A stretch of 64,000 bases of DNA from an uncultured Gemmatimonadales bacterium (GTDB lineage: Bacteria > Gemmatimonadota > Gemmatimonadetes > Longimicrobiales > Longimicrobiaceae): assembly GCA_963716255.1 (NCBI GenBank), contig OY970303.1:2432001-2496000 (forward strand), given 5' to 3'. Shown here one piece after another: positions 39,162-48,700 of this stretch. Positions within the stretch are counted from its first letter, which is position 1; every line of letters starts with the position of its first letter. The notes under the pieces are model-generated. The model did not search any database and had not been told where the DNA came from. It saw nothing but the letters and a program-made list of their open reading frames with translations. The translations under genes were made by a program, and so were the position numbers.

Positions 39162-40235
39162 TCAGGAGACCGCGCCACCGGCGCCGTCGTACCCTCTCAT
39201 GAAGCAATCCAGGCTCACCTCGCCCTCCCGGCCCGGGGGCGGCGGGAGGCAGACTTCGGCAGGCCGCCCCCCGCGATCGATCCGCATACGGGTGATCGTC
39301 ACGCGCCAGCCGGCGGGCAGCCTGGGGACGGCGAGCCAGTGGAATTCGCCGCGGCCCGCGCGGCAGCCGCCGTCGTACACGCGCACGCGGAGGCGGTACT
39401 CGCGCGTGCTCGCCGAGCGCCACGCGTCCACCCCGTAGCGCGCGTGGCAGTCGCCCAGGAACGGCACGCCCACCAGCGTCCGTTCCGACAGGTCGCCGAA
39501 ATCGGCGCCGCGGCACTGCGGGAAGGCGAGGACCGCCGCGGCGGAGGCGCTGTCGTCCACCACCCACCCTCCCGGGAGCCTGCACCCGTCCGGCACGCCC
39601 GCGAACCGCGTCTGGAACCGCACGGTGTCCGCCGGGAGGGCGGCGGTGTCCGGCTCCACCTCGATCTGTGCCCGGGCCGGGGCGGCCCCGGCCAGCAAGC
39701 AGGCCAGGCCGGCGACGGCCTCCCGGTCCGGGAGCACCGCCGGGCATGGATCCGGCTCGTCCTCGCCGCTTTCCGCCCGGCTCCGGGTGAAGCGCACCCG
39801 CCAGCCAGCGGGGAGCTTGGGAAGGGCGAGCCAGCGGAACTCCCCGCGCATCGAGCGGCAGACCCCGCTGTAGACGCGCACGCGGACGCGGTACTCGCGC
39901 AGCCTCGCCGAGCGCCACGCGTCCAGTCCGTAGCGCGCGTGGCAGTCGCCCCGGAACGGCACGCCCACCAGCGTCCGCGCAGCGAGGTCGCCGAAGCCGG
40001 CGCCGCGGCACTGCGGAAATGCGAGGACCGCCGCGGCGGAAGCGCTGTCGTCCACCACCCACGCCCGCGGGGGCCTGCACCGATCCGACACGTCCGCGAG
40101 GCGCACCCCCAGCCGCACGGTGTCCGCCGGGAGGGCGGCGGTGTCCGGCTCCTCCTCGATCATCTGTGCCCGGGCCTGTGCGGCCCCGGCCAGGAGCATC
40201 ACCGCCAGCATCGCCCGCCGTGTCCATCTCCCCAT
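39162..40235 (-). CDS. Secreted Cys-containing hypothetical protein made of two tandem near-identical units
   Basis: EPDTAALPADTVR...WVVDDSASAAAVLAFPQCRGA...GDCHARYG.DAWRSA..REYR occurs twice. Confidence 0.7.
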   Translation of the reverse strand: MGRWTRRAMLAVMLLAGAAQARAQMIEEEPDTAALPADTVRLGVRLADVSDRCRPPRAWVVDDSASAAAVLAFPQCRGAGFGDLAARTLVGVPFRGDCHARYGLDAWRSARLREYRVRVRVYSGVCRSMRGEFRWLALPKLPAGWRVRFTRSRAESGEDEPDPCPAVLPDREAVAGLACLLAGAAPARAQIEVEPDTAALPADTVRFQTRFAGVPDGCRLPGGWVVDDSASAAAVLAFPQCRGADFGDLSERTLVGVPFLGDCHARYGVDAWRSASTREYRLRVRVYDGGCRAGRGEFHWLAVPRLPAGWRVTITRMRIDRGGRPAEVCLPPPPGREGEVSLDCFMRGYDGAGGAVS

Positions 40236-40418
40236 CGCCCACCTCCACGTCCCGGGTTCCCGGTCCCGCGCGTCCCCGGCGCCTCTACCGGCCCGTCCCG
40301 GCAAAGGTTCCGGCCGGACGGCCCCACGCCGTGCTTGCGCTCGGGGCGCGGGCACTGGAGCTTGTGAGGGTCTGCCGGGCTCCCGCCCCAGCCTCTTCCC
40401 CCCGGACCCCACCGGCCC

Positions 40419-40910
40419 ATGCGCATCCTCCTCCTCCTCGCCGCGCTGCTGGCCTGCGCGCTCCCCGCGGCAGCACAGGGGCACCTGTTCCTGGCGGCCA
40501 GCAGCGGGTACCAGTTCCGCCCGGAGCTTGGGCTGCCGGTATCGGCGACGCTGGGGCTGGGAGGGCAGTACTGGCGCGCGGTGGCGGCGGGAGACCTGGT
40601 CTTTCCGCAGGACGCCTGCTCGTGCTGGACGGACGCGGACGACGTGTCCACCTGCCGCCGCTCCCGCCGCCGGCGCTGCGACCTGCGGCTGGAGCGGGCG
40701 GCGCGCTTCGAGGCGCTGCTCCTGGCGGGCGACCAGCGGGTGGGGCTGGGCGGCGGCTACCGGAGGGGTCCCCGCAGCGGCTTCTACGGGACGCTGGAGC
40801 TGGAGACCCCGTCCGAGGTGGTCGGCGGCTCGTCGCTGTGGGCGAAGGCGAGCGCGGGCGAGCACCTGGTGCAGTTCGACTTCGGGGTCGCCACGCGGGT
40901 GGCGTTCTGA
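40419..40910 (+). CDS. Secreted/outer-membrane hypothetical protein
   Basis: Signal peptide, beta-strand periodicity, C-terminal Phe. Confidence 0.65.
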   Translation: MRILLLLAALLACALPAAAQGHLFLAASSGYQFRPELGLPVSATLGLGGQYWRAVAAGDLVFPQDACSCWTDADDVSTCRRSRRRRCDLRLERAARFEALLLAGDQRVGLGGGYRRGPRSGFYGTLELETPSEVVGGSSLWAKASAGEHLVQFDFGVATRVAF

Positions 40911-40947
40911 CGGGAGCCCGGCGGGTCCGCCTTCAGCCGTTATCAGA

Positions 40948-41541
40948 TCACCCGCGCGCTTCCGGCGGCTGTGCGTTCCCCTCCTTCTCCGCTTCGGCGA
41001 CGACGCGGTCGTAGTGGCGCCGCCTGGGCGGCTCCTTGCCGTCCATGCGCAGCCGGTCGATGGCGCGGATCACCACGGCGGGGATCACGGCGTCGCCCTG
41101 GCTGTGGCGGACGTTCTGGATCACGCTGCTCGCCTCGGCCACGATCAGCCACACGAAGGCGCCCTTGGTGGTGGGCATCAGCTGGATGATGGTGGCGGCG
41201 GAGACGGGAAACACCAGGACCATGGTCCAGTCGAGCAGGGCGGCCACCAGCACCAGCGACAGGCGCAGCAGCTTTCCCACCAGCCCGCCCCACAGGCGCG
41301 ACGGGCTGTAGACCTCGTTGGGGTCCAGGTAGGCGCGGGCGATCCCGGTCACCAGGTCCAGCGTCATCACCACCAGGGTGACGATCAGGAACCCCAGGTT
41401 GCGGGCGCCCAGCGCCACGGAGAGCAGGGAGGCGACGGTCGCGACGGCGGCCGCGCCCGTGAAGTCCCCCGGCGCCCCGGCGCTGATTCCCTTCTTCAGC
41501 GACTCCACGGCGTAGACCGCCGCGCTCAGGATGCGGCTCAT
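40948..41541 (-). CDS. Phage holin family 4 (toxin secretion/lysis holin)-like protein
   Basis: LDLVTGIARAY, GLVGKLL..LVLVAALLD, EASSVIQN, IP. Confidence 0.75.
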   Translation of the reverse strand: MSRILSAAVYAVESLKKGISAGAPGDFTGAAAVATVASLLSVALGARNLGFLIVTLVVMTLDLVTGIARAYLDPNEVYSPSRLWGGLVGKLLRLSLVLVAALLDWTMVLVFPVSAATIIQLMPTTKGAFVWLIVAEASSVIQNVRHSQGDAVIPAVVIRAIDRLRMDGKEPPRRRHYDRVVAEAEKEGNAQPPEARG

Positions 41542-41856
41542 GGTTGTTGCTCCTCAAGTATTTTCAGGGCCGCCCCGTGGCGGGGCGGCGGACGCTGCGG
41601 AAAACAGGCGAGGCCTCCACTGGCGAACGCGCCGAGCAGAGGCCTCTCCCGGCCGTTCCCTTGCCGGAGCCCCGGCCGACTCCATGGCCCGGACTCCGAT
41701 TTGTTGTTTGTGTGGCGGTTATTATGCGACTATAACAATTATAACACGACCACCTATCCGCGGCAAGCGGACAGGCGGTCGTTCACCGGGTTTGTTCACG
41801 CTGTCGAGGGAGTGGCGGCGGACGTGGATTCGCGGTGCGGTCCGGGCTCGATGTGC

Positions 41857-42318
41857 TCACCCGCCGCTCCCCAGCATCCCGGCGTCCTCCTCCGCCCCGC
41901 GCTCCCGGTCCAGCTCGGGGCGCCGCCGGAACCTGACCTCCACCCCCACCTCGTACGCCCGCCCCGCCAGGTCGTAGCCCACGCGCGCCAGGTCGGTCCC
42001 GCCGCACTGCCTCTCGATGGCCTCCACCAGGTCCAGCCGGCAGGTCATCCGCAGCGCGCCCATGGCGAGCGGGTACAGCGGCTCGGTGCGCGGCCCGGGA
42101 TGGTCGGCGTCGGCGTAGACGCGCTGCACGGGGAGGTTGGCGAAGCGGGCGGGGTCCAGCACGTCGCGCAGGCGCAGGCACACCTCGTCGGCGACGGCCA
42201 GCATCTCGGGAGGGGTGAGGGTGGGGGCGTAGACGATCGCCACCGACAGCTCCAGCGCGGTCTCCGGCGGCTGGGTGTCGGGGTCGCTCCCGACGCGGGT
42301 CGGTCGCAGCGTGGTCAT
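41857..42318 (-). CDS. Hypothetical protein
   Basis: ORF with G/C-ending codons, ATG at 42318 after GGAG. Confidence 0.65.
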   Translation of the reverse strand: MTTLRPTRVGSDPDTQPPETALELSVAIVYAPTLTPPEMLAVADEVCLRLRDVLDPARFANLPVQRVYADADHPGPRTEPLYPLAMGALRMTCRLDLVEAIERQCGGTDLARVGYDLAGRAYEVGVEVRFRRRPELDRERGAEEDAGMLGSGG

Positions 42319-42535
42319 CGGCGCGGTCTCCGGCTCGGGGTGCGGTCGCGGGTGCCTGCACGCCACCGTACGCCGGGGCCGTCCATTCCGTCAATCTTTT
42401 TGGCCGCTTTCGCCCGGAAGATGCCACGCACTCCCTGAAGGATGGCGGGAAGTCCTTCCCATGGTTGCTGTCATCTTCGGTGCGCTGCACATTGCAGTCG
42501 CACCATCCTTTCCACCCAATCTTTTTGGAGGAACC

Positions 42536-42844
42536 ATGAAGCGACTCGCCCTTACGCTCGCGGTGCTCGGACTCTGCGCCACCGCGGGCGCATGCGACGG
42601 CAGCCGCGGCCTCACGGAGCCCGCCGGCCGCGTTCAGAACATCGGGACGATGGGATCAGGTTACAGGGAAGGCACGGATGGAGACGGCACGACGACTACG
42701 CAGGACAACGGCGGGACGATCGGGTCAGGCCACAGGGAGGGTATGGACGGGGATACCCTCCCTGTGAGCACGCAGAACATCGGAACCAGCGGTTCCGGCC
42801 TCAAGGCCGAGGATAACGGAGGCACAAGCGGTTCAGGCCACTAA
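42536..42844 (+). CDS. Small lipoprotein-signal peptide with 4 NxGTxGSG[YHL] repeats (candidate propeptide)
   Basis: GGAGGA RBS; MKRLALTLAVLGLCATAGAC; repeats NIGTMGSGY, NGGTIGSGH, NIGTSGSGL, NGGTSGSGH*. Confidence 0.8.
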   Translation: MKRLALTLAVLGLCATAGACDGSRGLTEPAGRVQNIGTMGSGYREGTDGDGTTTTQDNGGTIGSGHREGMDGDTLPVSTQNIGTSGSGLKAEDNGGTSGSGH

Positions 42845-42879
42845 CGGTTCTGATGCTGTCGCCCAGCCTGCTGAGTAGA

Positions 42880-44193
42880 TCAGTCCATCTGGTGGCGCTC
42901 GGGGAACAGCATCGCCTCGGATAGCTCTGGGGCGGGCTGTTTCGCGAGCTTCTTCAGCAACAAGCCAGTGATCCTGTCGACTGTGCTGCCTTCCTCCGGA
43001 ACTACGTCGAGCGGGCCTTGAGTGCGCAGCGGCAGCTCGGCAAGCATTCCTTCGGCGGCGGCAATCACACTCATGTTGCCGACCCGCCTTGCTTCTGTAA
43101 GCGCTTCTCTCGCCAGAGCCCCCGCTCTGTCCCATTGCTCGAAGTACCGCGCACCTTCTGCCAGGTGATACAGTGAGCTTGACGCTCTATCGTTGGCCTC
43201 CGCCACCATGCGCAACACCCGATCGCTCGCCCGCTCGAACCGGATGCGGTCGTGGACGGCAGCAGTGGATCGCGCCAAGGCAGATACGAGGAGGATCTTG
43301 TGGGATTGAACTTCGAACCAGGGAAGCACGCGCTCAAAAAGGTAGATCGCACTGGAGAAGTAGCAGAGCCTCATCCAGAGGAAGCCAATGTCGAACGCGA
43401 GATTCGGAATCCGTTGGTGCTTCAGCGGGTAGAGGCTGATCGCCTCTTCAGCATGCAGCACCGCTTCATCGTACCGTCCACCAGCAATCATCACACCGAG
43501 CAACTCGTGGTGTGCGGATCCCGCCAAGCGATTTCTCCCCTGCCGCAGAGCAGCCCTAGCCGCCCTCCGGAAATGCGCCTCTGCCTCGTCCAGGTTGCCC
43601 TGATCGAGTGCCACACCTCCCAGACCGATCAACGCGATCGCGCACTCTGCCTCCAGCCCTTTCAACCGGGCCTGCCTATATCCGCGCCGGTACCAAAGGC
43701 TGGCACGCTGATAGTCGTGTGCCCTCCTGCAAAGCCTCCCTGCGGCATGGTTGCGGAGCGGCTGAGACTCCACCCGCGCCGCGGCCTCCGCGAACTGGAG
43801 CGCCGTCTCGCGCATCCCGCGCAGCTCCGCCCACACCAGCACCCGCTCGCACGCCTCCGCCACGCGCGCCGCCTCCGCCCGCCCCGGCGTCGCCACCATC
43901 ATCGCCAGCTCGCGCAGCGGCTCCGTCAGCTCCGGCGCCTCCTCGGCGGCCTGCGACAGCCGCGCCGTCTGCGCGGCGACGAGCGGGCGGAACAGCCCCG
44001 CGCGGTCGCCGGGGGGCACCTGCGCCCACAGCACCACGTCGCGCAAGAGCTGCCAGAGCGTGATGCCCAGCACCGGGCCGCACTCCGCCAGCAGCCTCCA
44101 CTCGGGGCGGGGCCACCCGGGGGCCGGGGGCACCTGCGAGAACCGCGGCGCCCGCTTCAGCGTCCCGGACCGGCTCGGATGCTCGTCGCTCAT
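42880..44193 (-). CDS. Tetratricopeptide-repeat (TPR-like) protein
   Basis: ATG at 44193 (MSDEHPSR); helical repeats ALIGLGGVALDQGNLDEAEAHFRRA and AHHELLGVMIAGGRYDEAVLHAEEA. Confidence 0.85.
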   Translation of the reverse strand: MSDEHPSRSGTLKRAPRFSQVPPAPGWPRPEWRLLAECGPVLGITLWQLLRDVVLWAQVPPGDRAGLFRPLVAAQTARLSQAAEEAPELTEPLRELAMMVATPGRAEAARVAEACERVLVWAELRGMRETALQFAEAAARVESQPLRNHAAGRLCRRAHDYQRASLWYRRGYRQARLKGLEAECAIALIGLGGVALDQGNLDEAEAHFRRAARAALRQGRNRLAGSAHHELLGVMIAGGRYDEAVLHAEEAISLYPLKHQRIPNLAFDIGFLWMRLCYFSSAIYLFERVLPWFEVQSHKILLVSALARSTAAVHDRIRFERASDRVLRMVAEANDRASSSLYHLAEGARYFEQWDRAGALAREALTEARRVGNMSVIAAAEGMLAELPLRTQGPLDVVPEEGSTVDRITGLLLKKLAKQPAPELSEAMLFPERHQMD

Positions 44194-44395
44194 GGACACG
44201 CTCGCGGGAATGGGAGGGAGCCGTCCGCCGCGCGGGATGGCGGTGGATAGGCGTGAAAAGGCCCGCACCGGCAAGATATTGAGTGCGGCGGCGCACGCAA
44301 GCACATGGCTGCAAGCATGCGACATCCGGCGCCCCCCGCGGGGCCCGCATCCCCTTCGTGGACACCCCGTTGGCCGGCCGCCCGGGCCGCGAAAG

Positions 44396-44429
44396 GAGAA
44401 GCCTTCCCCGGCGCCGGGAAAGGCTTCTC
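44396..44429. terminator. Hairpin downstream of the pilin operon
   Basis: GAGAAGCCTTCCCCGG/CCGGGAAAGGCTTCTC. Confidence 0.55.
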
Positions 44430-44483
44430 GCTCCGCTGCACTCCGGTCGGCCGGGGCACGCCCGCGGCCGCCGTCCGGCGGCG

Positions 44484-46223
44484 TCAGCTGTCCGCCGTGA
44501 TCCGGTCGAAGTACGCGCCCACGTTGAACCCCGTGGGGTCGATCTCGTAGTAGCGCGCCCTGCCGAACCGCCCCGTCGTGGGAAAGTACGGCGGCGGATT
44601 GGTGTACGCGCACCCGTCGTACGAATACCGCTTGAGGTAGCCGGTCCCCAGCGTCGTCCCCACCGGCCCGCGCTCCTGCTGGATCACGCCCCCGGTGAGG
44701 TACAGGCACCCGCGCCCCCAGTTGACGCTCTCGCACTTGTCCGCGTTGGTGGGACCCCCGTCGTACCCCTGCACCGTGAAGCTGTTGAGCGAGAGCAGCA
44801 CCGCGTGCACGAACTCGCTGGGCGTGTCGTCGAACGAATAGTACGACCCGTTCGTCTCCACCTGCTGCGGCGTGTTGAGGGTGTTGTCCGCCACCACGAT
44901 GTCGCCGCCGCTGAACAGCCCCAGGATGTCGTCGCACGTCCCGCTGCCGGGATCGGTGGCGTAGCGCAGGTCGTCCACGATGAAGATGGCGCCCGTACTG
45001 GCCAGCGTCACCCGGCCCCGCAGCGTGCCGCTGATGGCCACGCGGCCGGTGACGTGGATCACGCCCTTGAAGTTGACGTTGTAGTCGCGGCTGAGCGGGA
45101 ACAGGAAGTTGCGGTCCGCGCGCGCCGCGATCTCGGCCGGCGGGTTGGTCCACGCCGTGGGCCGGGTGCGCCAGGCGCCCGCGGAGCTCGCGCCCAGGAT
45201 GCTGTCGCCGCCCAGGAAGCAGCGCCGGTTGGTCTTCTTCAGCCAGTCGCGCTTGGTGGCGGCGTTCCCCCCCGCGTCCTTGCTCGCGACGAAGCGGTTG
45301 GAGCTGTCGTAGGCGCCGCAGTTCTCCGACGAGGGCCACCCGCTGCCGGGCATGTTCGCCATCAGCCAGTCCGCCTGGTTGGACTCGTAGACCTTGAAGA
45401 AGCCCTCGCGCCTCCCGGCGATGGTGATGGTGAGGAACTCGATGCGGATGCGCGCCTCGTCCGGGTTTCCGCCCGTGGGCGCGTTGAACGCCGTGCCGCC
45501 CGCCGCCGCGTACCCCCGCAGCTTGGTGAGCTCCGCGGTGGTGGGCATGGGGATGCGGGCCGCCTTTTCCTGGTAGCCCTCCAGAAAGGTGCCGTACGAC
45601 TTGCCGCTGATGGTCTGGGCGGTGGTCACCATCCCGGGCCCGCGGAAGGTGGCCCGGGTGGAGTAGATCTTGAGGACGTCGTTGGTGTGCACGGGTCCCT
45701 GGATCTGGTCCCCGCCGCCGAAGGAGATGGCGGCCGGCTCCACGTCCGTGAAGTAAGCGTACTTGGCGAAGCTCTCCTGGACGATGTCCCCGCGCCGGAT
45801 CACCCGGTCGCCGCCGCCACTCTGGGCCACGGAGACCACGCTCCCGAACACCCCGAACTGCCCCGTGGCCACGCCGCTGGGACCCACGTACGTCCAGCGG
45901 CGGACGCCCGGGATGGTCACGCCGTTCGCGTCGGTCACCGCCACCCCGTTCTCCAGCCTCGCGTAGCCGGAATCCGGGTACAGCTGCGGGTCACCGTTGA
46001 TGCGGGCGCGCACCTCCTCGATCCCCGCGTCCGCCACCGCTTCCATCTCGCTCTGCTGGTCCTCGTACGCGGCGATGAGCCCGGCGTTGCCGGCCACCGC
46101 CACCGCGCCGATGGCCATGGCGCCCACGGCCAGGAGGACGAAGAGCACCAGCAGGAGGGCGATCCCCTCCTCGTTCCCGCGTACGCGCCCGGCGCGCGCG
46201 CCGGCCTTGCTGCCCTGGTTCAT
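44484..46223 (-). CDS. PilX-like N-terminal pilus assembly/adhesin protein
   Basis: EEGIALLLVLFVLL prepilin-like leader without E5; large beta-rich C-terminus. Confidence 0.8.
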   Translation of the reverse strand: MNQGSKAGARAGRVRGNEEGIALLLVLFVLLAVGAMAIGAVAVAGNAGLIAAYEDQQSEMEAVADAGIEEVRARINGDPQLYPDSGYARLENGVAVTDANGVTIPGVRRWTYVGPSGVATGQFGVFGSVVSVAQSGGGDRVIRRGDIVQESFAKYAYFTDVEPAAISFGGGDQIQGPVHTNDVLKIYSTRATFRGPGMVTTAQTISGKSYGTFLEGYQEKAARIPMPTTAELTKLRGYAAAGGTAFNAPTGGNPDEARIRIEFLTITIAGRREGFFKVYESNQADWLMANMPGSGWPSSENCGAYDSSNRFVASKDAGGNAATKRDWLKKTNRRCFLGGDSILGASSAGAWRTRPTAWTNPPAEIAARADRNFLFPLSRDYNVNFKGVIHVTGRVAISGTLRGRVTLASTGAIFIVDDLRYATDPGSGTCDDILGLFSGGDIVVADNTLNTPQQVETNGSYYSFDDTPSEFVHAVLLSLNSFTVQGYDGGPTNADKCESVNWGRGCLYLTGGVIQQERGPVGTTLGTGYLKRYSYDGCAYTNPPPYFPTTGRFGRARYYEIDPTGFNVGAYFDRITADS

Positions 46224-47386
46224 GGCGTGATGCCTCCCGTCGTGGAGAGCGCCGAGATGGACGGCGTGCAGTCCTGCGCGGCCACCGCGTAGTAGTACGT
46301 GGTGCCGAGCTTCACGTCGCTGTCCGTGTAGCTGTAGGTGGACTGGCCGGAGGGGATGCTCAGGTACGGATCGCCCCAGTCCGTACCGGTGACGGTCTTG
46401 CGCCACACGACGTAGCGCACCACGTCGCGCTCGCCCGAGTTCTCGTCTCCGGCCTGCCCCCAGGCGAGCCGCACCACGCGCTCCCCGGAGGGCAGCGTCA
46501 CCCGCGTGGCGGAGAGCGTGGCGCCCAGCTGCGGCGCCTCGCCGCAGGTCTGCAGGTTGGCCATCCCGGCGTTGGGAAAGCGGATCAGGCGGCTGACCGT
46601 GCGCTTCTGCTCGCGGGCCCCGGTATCCCCGTTGCTGGACACGAAGTTGACGCGCACGCCGCGGAGCCGGTCGATCCGCGCGGCCCGGCCGGTGTCCGCC
46701 GGGGTGCGGTGCGCGTACACGGTGTGCGCCAGCGGGAGCCAGGTGACCGGGACCGGGTCGATGCGGCTGGCCGTCGTGTCGGACTCCACCAGCTGCGAGT
46801 ACTCGAAGAACCGACGCCCCGGGGAGGCGAGCAGACTGCGCCCCACCACCCCGGGCGCCTGATCGTTGACCTGGCGGAAGAGCACCCAGTCGTCCGTGCG
46901 CGTGGTGGTGGTGTCGCGCTCGAAGTACAGGATGATGGTCTCCGCCGGGCTGTTGGTGTTCCGCTCGCTGTACGAGGTGTCCGGGTAGGTGAAGGCGGTG
47001 CCGGGGAGCCGGAAGCGGCGCGTGCGGGTGAGCGCCTGCACCGCGTTCACCGGGGCGTCCTTGTCGATGTACACGGAGAACACGTCGCCCGTATCGCGGC
47101 TCACGAAGTCCGCGTTGAACGCCAGCACCAGGCTGTCCGCGTACACCAGGAACGGCTGCTTCGCCGGGACGCCGGAGCCCACCGTGCGGAGGTCCCGCTC
47201 CAGCGCGTCCAGGACGAAGCGGTGGCTCTGGAGCACCGACATGCGCCCCGTGCCGAAGGAGAACGCCTGCCCCTGCTGCTTCACGAAGGCGAGCGCCGTG
47301 CTCACCAGCAGGCTGGCGATGAGCATGGACACCAGCAGCTCCACCAGCGTCATGCCGCGCTCGTCGCGGCGGAGGAAGCGGCTCAT
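46220..47386 (-). CDS. PilW-like minor pilin with C-terminal FN3-like domain
   Basis: GMTLVELLV; YTDSDVKLGTTYYYAVAA. Confidence 0.85.
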   Translation of the reverse strand: MSRFLRRDERGMTLVELLVSMLIASLLVSTALAFVKQQGQAFSFGTGRMSVLQSHRFVLDALERDLRTVGSGVPAKQPFLVYADSLVLAFNADFVSRDTGDVFSVYIDKDAPVNAVQALTRTRRFRLPGTAFTYPDTSYSERNTNSPAETIILYFERDTTTTRTDDWVLFRQVNDQAPGVVGRSLLASPGRRFFEYSQLVESDTTASRIDPVPVTWLPLAHTVYAHRTPADTGRAARIDRLRGVRVNFVSSNGDTGAREQKRTVSRLIRFPNAGMANLQTCGEAPQLGATLSATRVTLPSGERVVRLAWGQAGDENSGERDVVRYVVWRKTVTGTDWGDPYLSIPSGQSTYSYTDSDVKLGTTYYYAVAAQDCTPSISALSTTGGITP

Positions 47387-47787
47387 GGCGCCGCCACGGT
47401 GATGGTGCGCGACACCGGACGCGGGAGCGTGACCGCCCTCACCTCCACGGTCACCTTCTTGTAGTCCACCACGCCGCGCACCCCGGCGGTGCGCACGTGC
47501 TGCACGTGGGTGTCGCGCGAGAACCCGGGCTGGCCGGCCACGGTCGGCTCCGCCACCTCGTAGCGGTCCTCCAGCGTGGCGTACACCGGGTCCAGCTGCA
47601 CCGACTGGATGCGGTCCTCCACCAGCTGGGTGGCGACGGCGGAGCGGTCCATGGTTCCCACGTCGCGCACGAAGTGGTCGGTGACGGCGGCCTGCACCCC
47701 GAGGATCGCGATTCCCAGGATGACCATGGCGACCAGCACCTCCACCATGGTGAAGCCGTCCCTGCGGCTCAGAATCCCCGTTTCCAT
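47383..47787 (-). CDS. PilV-like minor pilin
   Basis: GFTMVEVLVAMVIL. Confidence 0.85.
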   Translation of the reverse strand: METGILSRRDGFTMVEVLVAMVILGIAILGVQAAVTDHFVRDVGTMDRSAVATQLVEDRIQSVQLDPVYATLEDRYEVAEPTVAGQPGFSRDTHVQHVRTAGVRGVVDYKKVTVEVRAVTLPRPVSRTITVAAP

Positions 47788-48377
47788 GTGAGTCGGGTGT
47801 AGTTGAACCAGGTGGGGCGCCCGGTGGCGCGGTCCACGATGATCACCCGCGCGTCGGCGGCATACCCGCCGCTTCGGGCCGCGCGCGTGCTGGTGAGATA
47901 GACGCCGCCTTCCTCGCTCGCGGTGCCGTTGCGGTGGAAGGTCACCGACGGCCGGCCGGCCTGCACGCGGGTGAACGACACCGGCCCGTTGCCGATGCGG
48001 TAGGCGGGCGCCCCGCCCCGTCCGAGCGCCACCCCCGCGTCCAGCGGCCGGAAGCGGACGTCCTCGCCGGTGTCGATGAGCGCGTCGTTGTCCACGTCCT
48101 CGTGGATGCGCACCATGCGGCCGGCCACGTCGAAGGAGACCACCACGTCGTGCTGCTTGACCACCGCGGCGCGCTGGGCGACCAGCAGCGACGATCCCAG
48201 GGCCTGCATGGCGCTGTCGACGCGGTAGTGGGAGATGTCCAGCCGCGGGGCGGCGATGGCGGCCATGATCCCGATGATCACCAGCACCGTCATCAGCTCT
48301 ATCATGGAGAAGCCCTGGCGCGAGCGCAGGGTGGAGCCCGGGCGGCTCCGTACGGGGGGCGCGCGGTAGTTCGGCAT
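47769..48377 (-). CDS. FimT/GspH-like minor pilin
   Basis: GFSMIELMTVLVIIGIMAAIAAP; FHRNG. Confidence 0.87.
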   Translation of the reverse strand: MPNYRAPPVRSRPGSTLRSRQGFSMIELMTVLVIIGIMAAIAAPRLDISHYRVDSAMQALGSSLLVAQRAAVVKQHDVVVSFDVAGRMVRIHEDVDNDALIDTGEDVRFRPLDAGVALGRGGAPAYRIGNGPVSFTRVQAGRPSVTFHRNGTASEEGGVYLTSTRAARSGGYAADARVIIVDRATGRPTWFNYTRLTWKRGF

Positions 48378-48700
48378 GCGGAAGAGGGTGCGGGTGCCTG
48401 CTCAGTGCAGCGGGACCGGCGTGTGGGGCGGGACTTCAAATGGCGTGTTCCTCCCTTACGAGAATCGTACCCGATAGGGCGAAAACACTACATAGGTGCA
48501 CCAGCTTGCATCGCAAGCACTTGGTTACTTCCTGGCGGGAGCGGTCCGGGGCGGGGCACCCGCGGAACGCAAGGTTTCATGCAACCTGCGGCACGGGCGA
48601 ACAAACGTTCCCCCCATGACGGCGAAGAGGTCGTGGAGAGCCGGAGGGTCGATTCGATCGTGGGAGCTGCAAAGTTGACAGACGGACGGCGGTGGGGCTC

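Noticed and set aside
40948..44193. Intact prophage
   Set aside because: No integrase, terminase, capsid or endolysin genes nearby.
42880..45339. 819-aa ORF as a single protein
   Set aside because: The upstream portion is off-frame over the PilX-like gene; the TPR protein plausibly starts at 44193.
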